45,414 nucleotides of DNA from Actinomycetota bacterium (GCA_046731555.1 JBKPLI010000107.1:1-45414), one strand, 5' to 3'. Counted from the first letter of the stretch, positions 9,301-15,717 are shown. A program made the numbers and translations. Notes: generated from the letters alone by a model not told the origin.

Positions 9301-10536
9301 ATCGACGCGCTCCGCACGCCCGCCGAGCGCAGTGCCCCGGCGGTGGCGCCGGTGAACCTGATCGACGGGAACGACGCCGTCTCCGGCAACGAGGACGACG
9401 ACACCGTGCTCGGCGACAACGGGTTCGTCGACCGCTACCTCGGTGCCGGCGGCGCCTGGATCCACATCAACTCGGTCGCGATGCTCGGCGTCTCGACGCC
9501 GGTCACGACCGCCGACGGCGGCACGTACGGGCCGTACGACGTCGTCCGGCGGAACGTCATCTCCACCGACACGCCCGAGTCGGCCGGCGCGTTCGGCGGC
9601 GACGTCGCGCTCGGCGGGGACGGCCACGACGACCTCTACGGCCAGCTCGGCGACGACTGGATCGAGGGCGGGGCCGGCGAGGACGCGGTCGTGAGCGACA
9701 TGGGCCGCATCGACGACAACCTGCTCGGCACGGCCGCCGACGGGCTCGCCGACCCGGCGCCGCTCAACCAGCTGATCAAGCCGCAGCAGCCGTTCCTCGA
9801 CGACACGATCAACCTCCGCGGCGTGCTCAAGCGCGAGGTGAGGCTGTTCGCCTTCACCGGCGCGGGAGCCGGCAAGGGGAGCGACACCGTCCAGGGCGGC
9901 GACGGCAGCGACTGGATCCACACGGGTGCGGGCGACGACCTCGCGAACGGCAACGACGGCGAGGACCGCATCTGGGGCGGCGACAACACGGACGCGACGC
10001 CGCTCGCGAACAACCAGGCGAAGGTCGACGCGCTCTGGGGCGGCGCCGGCCACGACCACCTGTGGGGCGGCTACGGCGCCGACTTCCTCGACGTCCGCCC
10101 GCGGACGACGGCGACGGCGCCCGGCCTCGCGCAGAACGACCCGCCCACGTGGTTCCAGCTCGCGGGGCCGGGGATCCCGGACTTCGAGGGCCGCGACTAC
10201 GTCTACGGCGGCTGGGACCAGGACGCGATGCAGGCCGACGAGGCCGGCAACGGTCCGACGGTCGGCGACCGGCTGCTCGACTGGTCGGGCGCGTACAACG
10301 TCTACTACGTCTGTGCCTCGACGTACGGCGACTGGATCGCCACGCGTGCGATCGCGCCGGGCGTGATCGGCTTCCTGCAGAACCTGTCGCAGGGCGACGG
10401 CGCGTTCGACACGGCGACCGCGGGCTCGTCTGGGTTCCGCGAGACCGCGATCGTCTTCACGAACGAGGTGAAGAACAACACGAGCCCGGTCCACCCGGAC
10501 ACACCGGGGCACTTCACGTGTAGCGACACGCCCTAG
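352..10536 (+). CDS. Giant (3394 aa) secreted protein: N-terminal Sec signal peptide, about 1900 aa of non-repetitive D/G/T/A-rich region, then a long hemolysin-type Ca-binding (RTX, GGxGxDxUx) repeat region and a C-terminal about 140-aa non-repeat domain
   Basis: GGGGAGG (339-345) lies 6 nt before ATG 352. N-terminus MRGRGPVGRRARLALALVPALFVLLVAGLSSSQA|AD. Composition is acidic and Gly-rich rather than the Arg/Pro-rich pattern of the overlapping artefact ORFs. There are dozens of GGxGxD nonapeptides. Stop TAG 10534-10536 is followed by a GC hairpin. Confidence 0.9.
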   Translation: MRGRGPVGRRARLALALVPALFVLLVAGLSSSQAADPPLGDATSASDVSSGLQSLAQSLGGLGGLDELGQNVPFTDLAPTGANGLAFANAFVQSLKNQLNGQVFSSLTELQSYLNDPARDGTFAGVHVDVGAPALSQAGGIYSLGLSLDLTRPGASTPIKLDTSAVDVDGGSVALSLHTTASLTVNYDPAQPAATRVYLNGASNPKVDTTITATANFTSSPFHVNLGFTDVAVGGTVDVGASVGAAILDPDGNGRITADEWSSTAAVNQFDVSFGSTHANAALTLTSDIQTPLGGSLPAATISVTDNDLTNGVNTPNVSLGALGDFKNIQPQDFLSGIGSVAVMMSALESTGPAGFSFPFLHHDPNDHANPIVEHLGDAAKFNERLVKFFQDNNLSSTDDPLSLVLDPSALANVDTIQEVSTKLETALGMSAGDFGLRYDPGTKRLTFAIKVQRNASHDPITPISARVDVADLLKNIGLTDLVENGSSLQATVSPDYKIDVGVGVDLNPAGGQSISQRFFVDTSGTEFEANAPISANLNLVGRIGFLGIQAKSQLGGVDSAVQLLAPADVSKPMVKLDLNGGPDDRLTLKEVFDALGSQQSATDPLSILNASSAADVVNAAVPPFDLRAAATINDAGTNVVSGTAHVRWNNVLDPSTLILDADASFNDELLDFDFDPDNPAAMFTKILEVLGPFTHQLADLANTNPALQEKLPVINKSFADLVTQFDTLRDQVDDLATDPAGFLQQFEALVEDKIAEAFGIPDAVKDQILDIEAQHNSPTAVIFHLAFGICGQPASAPADPACSITHELRQPLNFDLPDVGGLVGVENQGEVQLTAKAIAKLTFGVQLPDVAPNPGGPPSIGGAPELFVSTNPADTAINLDVAADVQTTLSASIGPLTFSLGKGSAPETACGADTVDDDHDGALNDGCAPVDQPEDALAGQCSNTDDDDGDGAFNDGCPAAGMPVTARLGAKFHLSHDTGGDHRLTIDPTDVSNLTDWLGDTVPTSLDDFRPATQVTCPGISGSFDACASIPVFAGVDPNAATLGSITFTADKILDPSTWNANVDPDIVSNILGANLDWTTLVHGIKIVSHNLESTLDASTYGGQELPVVGHALDGGAAIVHNFNEKIVDPMDALATQIESQGSFGAIQDEIKSFLVSHIGTDTTTAFHLLKYGGGNAEADATDVEVRLLCGTDEHTCVSGTDGLASISDAQIRFAVGGDVVNRDLDFDIGFPGLRLTVDKSSNADENLRATVGYRLDVNFGLSKKYGFYIQTDDPAPGRAEELTLTAAVDMPDSAHGDIAFLRLDISNNQDQATHDDLFLQLAGDIKGGDTDAADGNHKKLGLDDLASSDPSKAADVAVSVSGGVDLDLHLITSIQMPEGISLGGAEGALPKLLADFQLSWQFGAGVSLNGGLDPESGAQPLEIGFQNIQLDLGQFFQEFLGPIVREVQRWTKPLQPVIDTISAPIPGISDLSELAGAGPITMLDFLEHATGADLTVIRQIIKLINVVNNLPTSGSLVGLGDFGLDEDAVQGPASTGDNADKLIDHGDESNPTNVFTTPSQCTPSCSISNGGAFTTAMAQDPAEDDGAGLHFPAFEQPKQLFGLLVGKDVTLIEFDAGTLRASAGLDITIGPFPAGPVPVSIIVGGSFGVEGHFAIGYSTRGIRLAVKALTDDDVANDSFFNVTGLLFDGVFFDDVNAAGDDVPEIRLTAEIHAGAEVDIVIASAGVIVGLKATVDLNLHDGGRPTDPANVDGKLYIDEIAKMLNNPICIFDVDGALDAFVKFFVTVGISPFDASFTITLVEVRLLDMKAITDPICEHPPPPHLAVEDDGSKTLILKIGPNTPGRNVADGGPGGDLETDEKVVVRQLDNGPGPGHRFSVTAFGITQEYPEEGHPPIERIFADGGEGKDSILMDKGVSSTNTAATSDKPAGGIDSESFPVTVPVEICGGGDVDKIQGGDAVDKLVGDGHRDGSNLHCVSAENSSGDEAHADGGDNLGGGKGGDALDGNGGADTLGGAEGDDTVNGGSGGDVVTGGEGHDTINGNGDNDSLDGGPEQDPDKGVVSVASVSDVISGDAGDDTLDGGFGDDTLNGGSEKDHLSGGNGVDHENGNAGDDVIVGGKAGDVISGGTENDVVFGEDGSDTINGDAGNDDIVAGKDDSAGPGTGDHVDGGPNRDYILGDEGLITRTSGNADGTIAPSGTFVGNDVLAGGAEGDVVYGEFGADQIDGNAGGDELHGNVGVDTMNGGTEDDVMFGDAGDDVMNGNPGVDTMRGGTEADTMHGNEDGDFMFGDSGVDTMFGDAGDDVMRGGIDADVMHGNGDHDVMNGDDAADQMFGDAGPDTMHGDAADDYMEGNADVDTMTGDVGQDDMLGGSGNAGQADTGDVMNGGDGVTPSLTQDFDVLVGDNGKIERPAVAPKVTGAKVRSVTIYELDSSDASVYGGDTMSGDQSDDELYGGGAGDTIHGNAGDDYEEGNPANDSLFGDQGQDDLIGGTSQDGGGHPDGRDCIQGDERSNDCGPAGSGGGSGTGGTGGGAPAGDVISGDNASIARSANAANTDWVRDNFGGGADGLVRRTVTRYDQNSPNEAVVAGGDVIFGDDQPDVIFGQGGDDTISGGNGDDTIQGNSNAGGSPAGAGSALPGDTIHGDAGQDDITGGTNDPAIYDGPDTIFGDGAEDVVGGDNAIIERQKTAGGQWIRTDRRLGETLQVVGRNVTLLNVDVATAAAPPASSSGGDAISGGDGYDQLFGQGSADTVHGDGGDDYVEGNAAGDTLWGDLGEDDVAGGGSANDGVIDADRVGEDLRDANDAIHGDAGDAGVGSGDAIAGDNARILRPTTPAGLWRTDADRGTTIRDVLLFDVQTVGGAGGFTAPPDANGADTVFGEGGPDEAFGQGNGAADNAWGTESGAAGTANCFDGADNGDANDPFNPLADLSDPNCRAATPNGDQLYGQSGADYLEGNQGSDLVSGGEAEDDVIGGSSSSTGRIDALRTPAERSAPAVAPVNLIDGNDAVSGNEDDDTVLGDNGFVDRYLGAGGAWIHINSVAMLGVSTPVTTADGGTYGPYDVVRRNVISTDTPESAGAFGGDVALGGDGHDDLYGQLGDDWIEGGAGEDAVVSDMGRIDDNLLGTAADGLADPAPLNQLIKPQQPFLDDTINLRGVLKREVRLFAFTGAGAGKGSDTVQGGDGSDWIHTGAGDDLANGNDGEDRIWGGDNTDATPLANNQAKVDALWGGAGHDHLWGGYGADFLDVRPRTTATAPGLAQNDPPTWFQLAGPGIPDFEGRDYVYGGWDQDAMQADEAGNGPTVGDRLLDWSGAYNVYYVCASTYGDWIATRAIAPGVIGFLQNLSQGDGAFDTATAGSSGFRETAIVFTNEVKNNTSPVHPDTPGHFTCSDTP
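6190..10095 (+). repeat. RTX nonapeptide repeat region inside the giant CDS, interrupted by about 7 non-RTX inserts
   Basis: First unit is GGGDVDKIQGGDAVDKLVGDG (about 6190). Last units are WGGAGHDHLWGGYGADFLDV (about 10036-10095). Many GGxGxDx[LIVFM]x units were read directly from the translation. Confidence 0.8.
7060..7464 (+). repeat. 15 consecutive in-register nonapeptides G-[GDN]-x-x-x-D-x-M-x (Met at the hydrophobic RTX position)
   Basis: GNVGVDTMN GGTEDDVMF GDAGDDVMN GNPGVDTMR GGTEADTMH GNEDGDFMF GDSGVDTMF GDAGDDVMR GGIDADVMH GNGDHDVMN GDDAADQMF GDAGPDTMH GDAADDYME GNADVDTMT GDVGQDDML. Confidence 0.9.
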
Positions 10537-10561
10537 CGCAGGACTGGTCGGGCGACCGAGC

Positions 10562-10588
10562 GACGGGCCCCGCCACGCGGGGCCCGTC
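10562..10588 (+). terminator. GC-rich hairpin downstream of the giant gene (candidate intrinsic terminator, no U-tract)
   Basis: GACGGGCCCCGC-cac-GCGGGGCCCGTC: perfect 12-nt arms (the innermost pair must open), starting 26 nt after the stop. Confidence 0.55.
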
Positions 10589-10601
10589 GTCGTGCGGGCG
10601 A

Positions 10602-10631
10602 TGACTTTGCCGCTGCGGCAAGGTCTATACC
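10602..10631 (+). promoter_or_regulatory. Candidate promoter (TGACTT -35-like / 18 nt / TATACC -10-like) with a 7+1+7 palindrome TTGCCGC-t-GCGGCAA (10607-10621) filling the spacer
   Basis: Read directly. The palindrome arms are perfect. The site lies 38-52 nt upstream of the DHFR-family start. Confidence 0.3.
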
Positions 10632-10658
10632 CGCGACAAGGACCGGGAGGTGAGGACG

Positions 10659-11207
10659 ATGGGAGAGATCCACGTGCACGAGTTCATCAGCCTCGACGGC
10701 GTGATCGACGCGCCCACGTGGACGTTCGAGTACGGGTTCGATCCGAAGATGGGTGAGGCGATCGGCGCGGTCGTCGAGCACTCGCGCGGGATCCTGCTCG
10801 GGCGGACGACGTACGAGATGTTCGAGCCGGCGTGGTCGACGCGCACGGCGGAGGACGATCCGGGCGCGCCGTTCTTCAACGACACGACGAAGTACGTCGT
10901 CTCGGGGACGCTCGAGAACGCGACGTGGCGGAACTCGGAGCTCGTCGGCCCGTACGACCCCGACACGATCCGGAAGCTGAAGGAGGAGGTCGGCGACCTC
11001 TACGTCAGCGGCAGCGGGACGCTCGTGCGCGCGCTGCTCGCGGACGGGCTCGTCGACGCGCTGCACCTGTTCCTCTTCCCGCTCACGCGCGGCACCGGGC
11101 CGCGGCTCTTCCCGGACGGCGCCGCCCCGGCGGCGTTCTCGCTCGCCGCGTCCGAGGCGTACGACAACGGCGTCGTCTACCTTGCGTACCGGCCGAAGAC
11201 GCAGTGA
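10659..11207 (+). CDS. Dihydrofolate reductase family protein (RibD C-terminal domain-like)
   Basis: GGGAGG (10645-10650) lies 8 nt before ATG 10659; the GTG at 10650 overlaps this SD. Translation MGEIHVHEFISLDGVIDAP...GRTTYEMF...LYVSGSGTLVRALLADGLVDALHLFLFPLTRGTG is typical of this family. Confidence 0.8.
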   Translation: MGEIHVHEFISLDGVIDAPTWTFEYGFDPKMGEAIGAVVEHSRGILLGRTTYEMFEPAWSTRTAEDDPGAPFFNDTTKYVVSGTLENATWRNSELVGPYDPDTIRKLKEEVGDLYVSGSGTLVRALLADGLVDALHLFLFPLTRGTGPRLFPDGAAPAAFSLAASEAYDNGVVYLAYRPKTQ

Positions 11208-12208
11208 GCACCGAGCACGCACTGGAGGTCGCGGGACGCGAGGTCCCGCTCACGAGCCCCGACAAGGTGTTCTTCTCGGAGCGCGGCGAGACGAAGCTCG
11301 ACCTCGTGCGCTACTACCTCGCGGTCGCGGAGCCGCTCATGCGCGCGGCCGGCGGGCGGCCGACGCTCATGCAGCGGTTCCCGCACGGCGCCGAGGGCAG
11401 CTCGTTCTTCCAGAAGCGCGTGCCCGACTCCGCGCCCGAGTGGCTGCAGACGACGATCGTCAGCACGCCGAACGGGACGACCTCGCGCGCGCTCGTGCTC
11501 GCCGACCTCGCGCACGTCGTCTGGGCGGTGAACCTCGCGTGCCTCGGTTTCCACGTCTGGCCGAACCGGCACGACCGGCCGGAGGTGGCGGACGAGCTGC
11601 GCCTCGACCTCGACCCGCAGCCCGGCGTCGGCTTCGACGGGGTGCGCGCGGCGGCGGCCGAGCTGCGCGGGCTCCTCGACGAGCTCGGGATCACCGGCTA
11701 TCCGAAGACGACCGGCAACCGCGGCCTGCACGTGTACGTGCGGCTCGAGCCGCGCTGGGACTCGTACGAGGTGCGATCGGCCGCGGTCGCGGCCGCGCGC
11801 GAGCTCGAGCGCCGGCGGCCGGACCTGATCACGGCGGCCTGGTGGAAGGAGGAGCGCGGGGAGCGCGTCTTCCTCGACTTCAACCAGAACGCGCCGCACA
11901 AGACGGTCTTCGGCGCGTGGTCCGTGCGCGCGCGTCCCGGCGCGCAGGTGTCCGCGCCGCTGACGTGGGACGAGGTCGAGACGCTGCACCCCGACGAGCT
12001 GACGATCGCGAGCGTGCCGGAACGGCTCGCCGCGAACGGCGACCCGTGGGAGGGGATCGACGAGCGGCCGCAGTCGCTCGAGCCGCTGCTCGCACTGCAC
12101 GAGCGCGACCGCGCGGCCGGCCTGAAGGACGCGCCCTGGCCGCCGGTCTACCCCAAGCAGCCGGACGAGCCGCCGCGCGTCGCGCCCAGCCGGGCCCGCA
12201 AGCAGTAA
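11204..12208 (+). CDS. Stand-alone NHEJ primase-polymerase (LigD polymerase domain, AEP superfamily)
   Basis: GTG 11204 overlaps the upstream stop (GTGA). Translation shows LTSPDKVFF, RYYLAVAEPLM, LMQRFPHG, KTTGNRGLHVYV, FLDFNQNA and SAPLTWDE, as in LigD Pol domains. No ligase or nuclease domain is present. Confidence 0.85.
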   Translation: MSTEHALEVAGREVPLTSPDKVFFSERGETKLDLVRYYLAVAEPLMRAAGGRPTLMQRFPHGAEGSSFFQKRVPDSAPEWLQTTIVSTPNGTTSRALVLADLAHVVWAVNLACLGFHVWPNRHDRPEVADELRLDLDPQPGVGFDGVRAAAAELRGLLDELGITGYPKTTGNRGLHVYVRLEPRWDSYEVRSAAVAAARELERRRPDLITAAWWKEERGERVFLDFNQNAPHKTVFGAWSVRARPGAQVSAPLTWDEVETLHPDELTIASVPERLAANGDPWEGIDERPQSLEPLLALHERDRAAGLKDAPWPPVYPKQPDEPPRVAPSRARKQ

Positions 12209-12229
12209 GCGCTACTGCGCGTCCAGCCG

Positions 12230-13279
12230 CTACTTGTAGATCGCGATCGGCAGGATGACCGCGCCGGGCGCGAGGACGGTCGCGTCGGCGGCGAGCTCCA
12301 ACCCCAGTGTCACCTCCGAGTCCGCGCCGGCGGACTCGTCGACCTTCGCCAGGGCCGAGGAGAACGTCGCGAGCGACGGTTCGTCGACGTACTCGTGACC
12401 GGCCTTCACCTTGCGCACGAGCTTCCCCACCACGGTCACCGGCCCGGCGAGCAGCGTCGGCTCGGACGACAGTGCCGCGAGGCGGATCGGGAAGAGGAGG
12501 TCGACGCCGCGCGGGCGCAGGTCGGCGGTGCCGTCGCACGTCGACACCGGCACGCGCGGGTTGCGCGCGACCACCTTGGCAAGACCGTCGATCGCACGAG
12601 CGATCTGCCGTTCGGTGGCCGGCGAACCCATCGATGCTGCGGAGCCGAGCGTCATCGAGCCGCGCTGCGCATGGTTCCACGCGGCCGCGAACGCGTCCTG
12701 GGCGAGCGCAGTTCTCTGCCCTGCTCCCTGGTACGCGTTGGACGCGGACACGTAGCCGCTGGAAGCGAACGCGAGTTTCCCGAGCTGAACGTAGCCGGGA
12801 AGCTGCAGCCTGCAGCGCCGGAGCACCACGAACGACCCCTCGGGAATCGGCTCGAACGAGCGGACGAGGTGCTTCGGCGGCACGGCCGCGTCGACCGTCG
12901 TCAGGTAGTCGTACTTGCCGAGCAGGCGGAGCAGCTCGTAGAAGCGGGCGGTCGCGGTCGGCGTCACCACCCGCTCGAGCGAGGACGACGTGCCGGCCGA
13001 GCCGCCGAGCGAGACGCCGCCGGCGCTGACCGCGGCGTTGCGGCCGCTCGTCAGCTGCTCGGTCAACTGCTGGCTCTTCGCGAGCCCGCCCTGCAGCTGG
13101 CCGAGGTAGAGGACGACGCGCGCATTGTCGAGGTATGCGTAGTCGGGCGGCGGCACGCCGCGGATCGCCTGTGCGGCCTCGCCGCCGGGCGCCGAGCCGC
13201 CGTCGAGGAGCAGCAGTCCGAGCGCGAGGACGGCCGCGCCGACGACCGCCGCGCCGACGTAGTAGAGGACGCGCCGCAT
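12230..13279 (-). CDS. Hypothetical protein with a single N-terminal TM anchor (349 aa); no family recognised
   Basis: High GC3 from MRRVLYYVGAAVVGAAVLALGLLLLDG onward. The 26 codons upstream (to 13357) have clearly lower GC3, so ATG 13279 is preferred. Confidence 0.6.
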   Translation of the reverse strand: MRRVLYYVGAAVVGAAVLALGLLLLDGGSAPGGEAAQAIRGVPPPDYAYLDNARVVLYLGQLQGGLAKSQQLTEQLTSGRNAAVSAGGVSLGGSAGTSSSLERVVTPTATARFYELLRLLGKYDYLTTVDAAVPPKHLVRSFEPIPEGSFVVLRRCRLQLPGYVQLGKLAFASSGYVSASNAYQGAGQRTALAQDAFAAAWNHAQRGSMTLGSAASMGSPATERQIARAIDGLAKVVARNPRVPVSTCDGTADLRPRGVDLLFPIRLAALSSEPTLLAGPVTVVGKLVRKVKAGHEYVDEPSLATFSSALAKVDESAGADSEVTLGLELAADATVLAPGAVILPIAIYK

Positions 13280-13400
13280 CGGACTCGTGGGACCCTCGGT
13301 CGCGGCGATGTTTCCATCTTCCCGCGGGTGCGGACGGCGGTCAATCGGCGGTGTCAACCGACATCGAGGGATCGGTCAAGCGACCGTGGCCGTCGAACCA

Positions 13401-13625
13401 ATGACCGTGCCGCTGATCTGCGTAAGCACGCCTGCGCACGTCGACGCGCTGCGCCACTTCCTGCGCGCCGTGCGCGTCGAGGCGACGCGGACGGACGAGC
13501 CTCGCGTCCTCGAGGCGACGGTTCCGGGATCTCCGACGCCGACGCACGAGTGCCGCGAGCTCCAGGGCTACCTCGCGACCTGGAACGCGCTCAACCCGGG
13601 CAAGGACGCGCAGCTCGTCGACTGA
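13401..13625 (+). CDS. Small hypothetical protein (74 aa)
   Basis: High GC3 throughout ([24 protein letters not shown]...[25 protein letters not shown]). There is no clear SD, so the start is uncertain (GTG 13386 is also possible). Confidence 0.4.
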   Translation: MTVPLICVSTPAHVDALRHFLRAVRVEATRTDEPRVLEATVPGSPTPTHECRELQGYLATWNALNPGKDAQLVD

Positions 13626-13649
13626 CGCTCGCCGGGAGGGTTCCGGGCG

Positions 13650-14018
13650 CTACTTCGCCGGCAGCGAGCGCGCGTACGAGACGCCGCGTTTCACCCACGG
13701 CTCGAGCGCGCGCTTCGTCTCCACCGCGTCCGACTCGACGCGGAGCCAGCCGCGCATCTCGCGCCCGCGCATGACCATCGTCTCCGCGCCTTCCGTCCGC
13801 ACGAGCTCGTCCGACGCGTCCGGGTCGACGCGCACGAGGAGGCCGCCCTGCCCGCTCGCGGCGACGGCCATGTTGCCGCCGACGAGGAACGCGAGGCCGC
13901 CGAACATCTTCTTCTCCGTCACGCTCTGCTCGCCGGCCACGAGGTCGCGGATCCGGGCGGCGAGCTCTTCGTCGTACGCCACAGAGGGAAGCGTAGACAT
14001 ACTGGCCGCCATGGTCAC
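13650..14018 (-). CDS. TfoX/Sxy N-terminal domain family protein
   Basis: [14 protein letters not shown]...[19 protein letters not shown]...LLVRVDP...[12 protein letters not shown]. Possible starts are GTG 14018, ATG 14012 and ATG 14000; none has an SD. Confidence 0.75.
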   Translation of the reverse strand: MTMAASMSTLPSVAYDEELAARIRDLVAGEQSVTEKKMFGGLAFLVGGNMAVAASGQGGLLVRVDPDASDELVRTEGAETMVMRGREMRGWLRVESDAVETKRALEPWVKRGVSYARSLPAK

Positions 14019-15024
14019 GATTGCCGGGTCGCCGCTGTCCGTGCTCGACCTCGCGCCCGTCGCGAGCGGGTCGTCGGTGGGGCAGGCGCTGCGGAACTCG
14101 GTCGACCTTGCCCGTCACGTCGAGCGTCTCGGCTACCTGCGGCATTGGGTCGCGGAGCACCACAACATGCCGGGGATCGCGAGCTCGGCGCCGGCCGTGC
14201 TCATCGCGCACCTCGCGGACGCGACGACGACGCTGCGCGTCGGCTCCGGCGGCGTGATGCTCCCGAACCACGCGCCGCTCGTGATCGCGGAGCAGTTCGG
14301 GATGCTCGAGGCGCTGCATCCCGGCCGCATCGACCTCGGCATCGGGCGCGCGCCCGGCACGGACCAGGTGACGGCGTACGCGCTGCGCCGTCACCTCGAC
14401 CCGTCGGCGGAGGACCTGCCGACGCAGCTCGCCGAGCTGCGCGCGTTCTTCGCCGGCACGTACCCGCGCATCAACGCGGTGCCCGGCCGCGGGAACGAGC
14501 CCGCGATCTGGCTGCTCGGCTCGAGCGACTTCAGCGCACGGCTCGCAGGGGAGCTCGGCCTGCGCTTCTCGTTCGCACACCACTTCATGCCGCAGAACAC
14601 CGAGCCGGCGCTCGCGATCTACCGGCGCAGCTTTCGCCCGTCGCCGGCGCTCGAGGAGCCGTACGCGATGATCGGCGTCGCGGTCGTGTGCGCCGAGGAC
14701 GACGCACGTGCGCAGTGGCTGCACGAGCCGGCGGCGCTCGCGTTCCTGCGCCTCCGCAGCGGCCGTCCGTCGACGCTGCCGTCGCCCGACGAGGCCGCGG
14801 CCTACGCGTACGACCCGGCAGAGCGCGCGTTCGTCGACTCGTGGACCGCAGCGCACATCGTCGGCTCGCCGTCGACCGTGCGTGACGGCCTGCGCGAGCT
14901 GCAGGCGCGCACCGGCGCCGACGAGCTGATGCTGACGACGATGGTCCACGACCACGCCGACCGCCTGCGCTCGTACGAGCTCGTCGCCGAGGCGCTCGCG
15001 GACGACGTGTCGCGCGCCGCCTGA
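14011..15024 (+). CDS. LLM-class (luciferase-like) flavin-dependent oxidoreductase
   Basis: [10 protein letters not shown]...[30 protein letters not shown]...[42 protein letters not shown]. Confidence 0.85.
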   Translation: MVTIAGSPLSVLDLAPVASGSSVGQALRNSVDLARHVERLGYLRHWVAEHHNMPGIASSAPAVLIAHLADATTTLRVGSGGVMLPNHAPLVIAEQFGMLEALHPGRIDLGIGRAPGTDQVTAYALRRHLDPSAEDLPTQLAELRAFFAGTYPRINAVPGRGNEPAIWLLGSSDFSARLAGELGLRFSFAHHFMPQNTEPALAIYRRSFRPSPALEEPYAMIGVAVVCAEDDARAQWLHEPAALAFLRLRSGRPSTLPSPDEAAAYAYDPAERAFVDSWTAAHIVGSPSTVRDGLRELQARTGADELMLTTMVHDHADRLRSYELVAEALADDVSRAA

Positions 15025-15031
15025 TCCGGTC

Positions 15032-15664
15032 GTGGCGACCTTCGCGCTCATCCACGGCGGCGGCTCGAGCGCATGGGACTGGCACCTCGTCGAGCCCGAG
15101 CTGCGGCGCCGCGGGCACGAGACGTCGGCCGTCGACCTCCCGACCGACGATGCCGATGCCGGCTGGTGGGACTACGCCGACCGTGTCGTCGATGGGATCG
15201 GCGGCCGCAGCGACGTCGTCGTGGTCGGGCACTCCCTCGGCGGCTTCACCGTGCCGCTCGTGGCCGCGCGGATTCCCGTCGACCTGCTCGTGCTCGTCGC
15301 GGCGATGATCCCTGCGCCCGGCGAGCTGTTCGACGACTGGTGGGCGAACAGCGGGTACGAATCGAGCGGCGAGGAGGACGTCTTCTACCACGACGTCGCG
15401 CCGGAGCTCGCGGCGGAGGCGCAGTCGCACGAGCGCCAAGAGCGCGCGCGTGCGCTCCGCGAGCCGTGGCCGCTCGAAGCGTGGCCCGACATGCCGACGA
15501 GGTACCTGCTCTGCCGCGACGACCGCATGTTCCCGCGCGCGTGGGCGCGCCGTCACGCGCGCGAGCGTCTGGGCCTGGAGGCGGACGAGATGGACGGCGG
15601 CCACTACATCGCCCTCGCCCGTCCGCGCGAGCTCGCCGAGCGACTCGCGGCCTACGTCGCGTGA
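15032..15664 (+). CDS. Alpha/beta hydrolase
   Basis: FALIHGGGSSAWDW and nucleophile elbow VVGHSLGG, with a late GGH; GTG start. Confidence 0.8.
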   Translation: MATFALIHGGGSSAWDWHLVEPELRRRGHETSAVDLPTDDADAGWWDYADRVVDGIGGRSDVVVVGHSLGGFTVPLVAARIPVDLLVLVAAMIPAPGELFDDWWANSGYESSGEEDVFYHDVAPELAAEAQSHERQERARALREPWPLEAWPDMPTRYLLCRDDRMFPRAWARRHARERLGLEADEMDGGHYIALARPRELAERLAAYVA

Positions 15665-15676
15665 CACGCTAGCTCT

Positions 15677-15702
15677 ACAGGAAGACTGAACAGTTTCCCT
15701 GT
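15677..15702. promoter_or_regulatory. Imperfect inverted repeat ACAGGAA-N11-TT(C)CCTGT upstream of the MarR gene (candidate operator)
   Basis: Read directly: 7 pairs with one bulge. TAGGAT (15714-15719) is a possible -10. Confidence 0.3.
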
Positions 15703-15717
15703 CGAAGCGCGTGTAGG

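Noticed and set aside
6190-10095. Short periodic repeats considered as a CRISPR array or non-coding satellite
   Set aside because: The period is 27 nt, in frame with a long ORF, and encodes GGxGxD nonapeptides. There is no repeat/spacer alternation.
1897-10512. 2871-aa minus-strand ORF and the 1698-aa plus-strand ORF (9-5105) overlapping the giant gene
   Set aside because: Their translations are Arg/Ala/Pro/Asp-rich with no motifs. They are shadow frames of a gene whose third positions are almost all G/C, so stop codons are rare in the other frames. Only the 352-10536 frame has a signal peptide, an SD and recognisable repeats.
352-10536. Classical T1SS-secreted RTX toxin
   Set aside because: It has an N-terminal cleavable signal peptide. 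There are no hlyB/hlyD/tolC-like or acyltransferase genes in the window, and no recognisable pore-forming hydrophobic domain.
10659-12208. Complete NHEJ locus (Ku plus full-length LigD)
   Set aside because: Only the polymerase/primase domain is encoded. No Ku, ligase or phosphoesterase sequence appears anywhere in the window.
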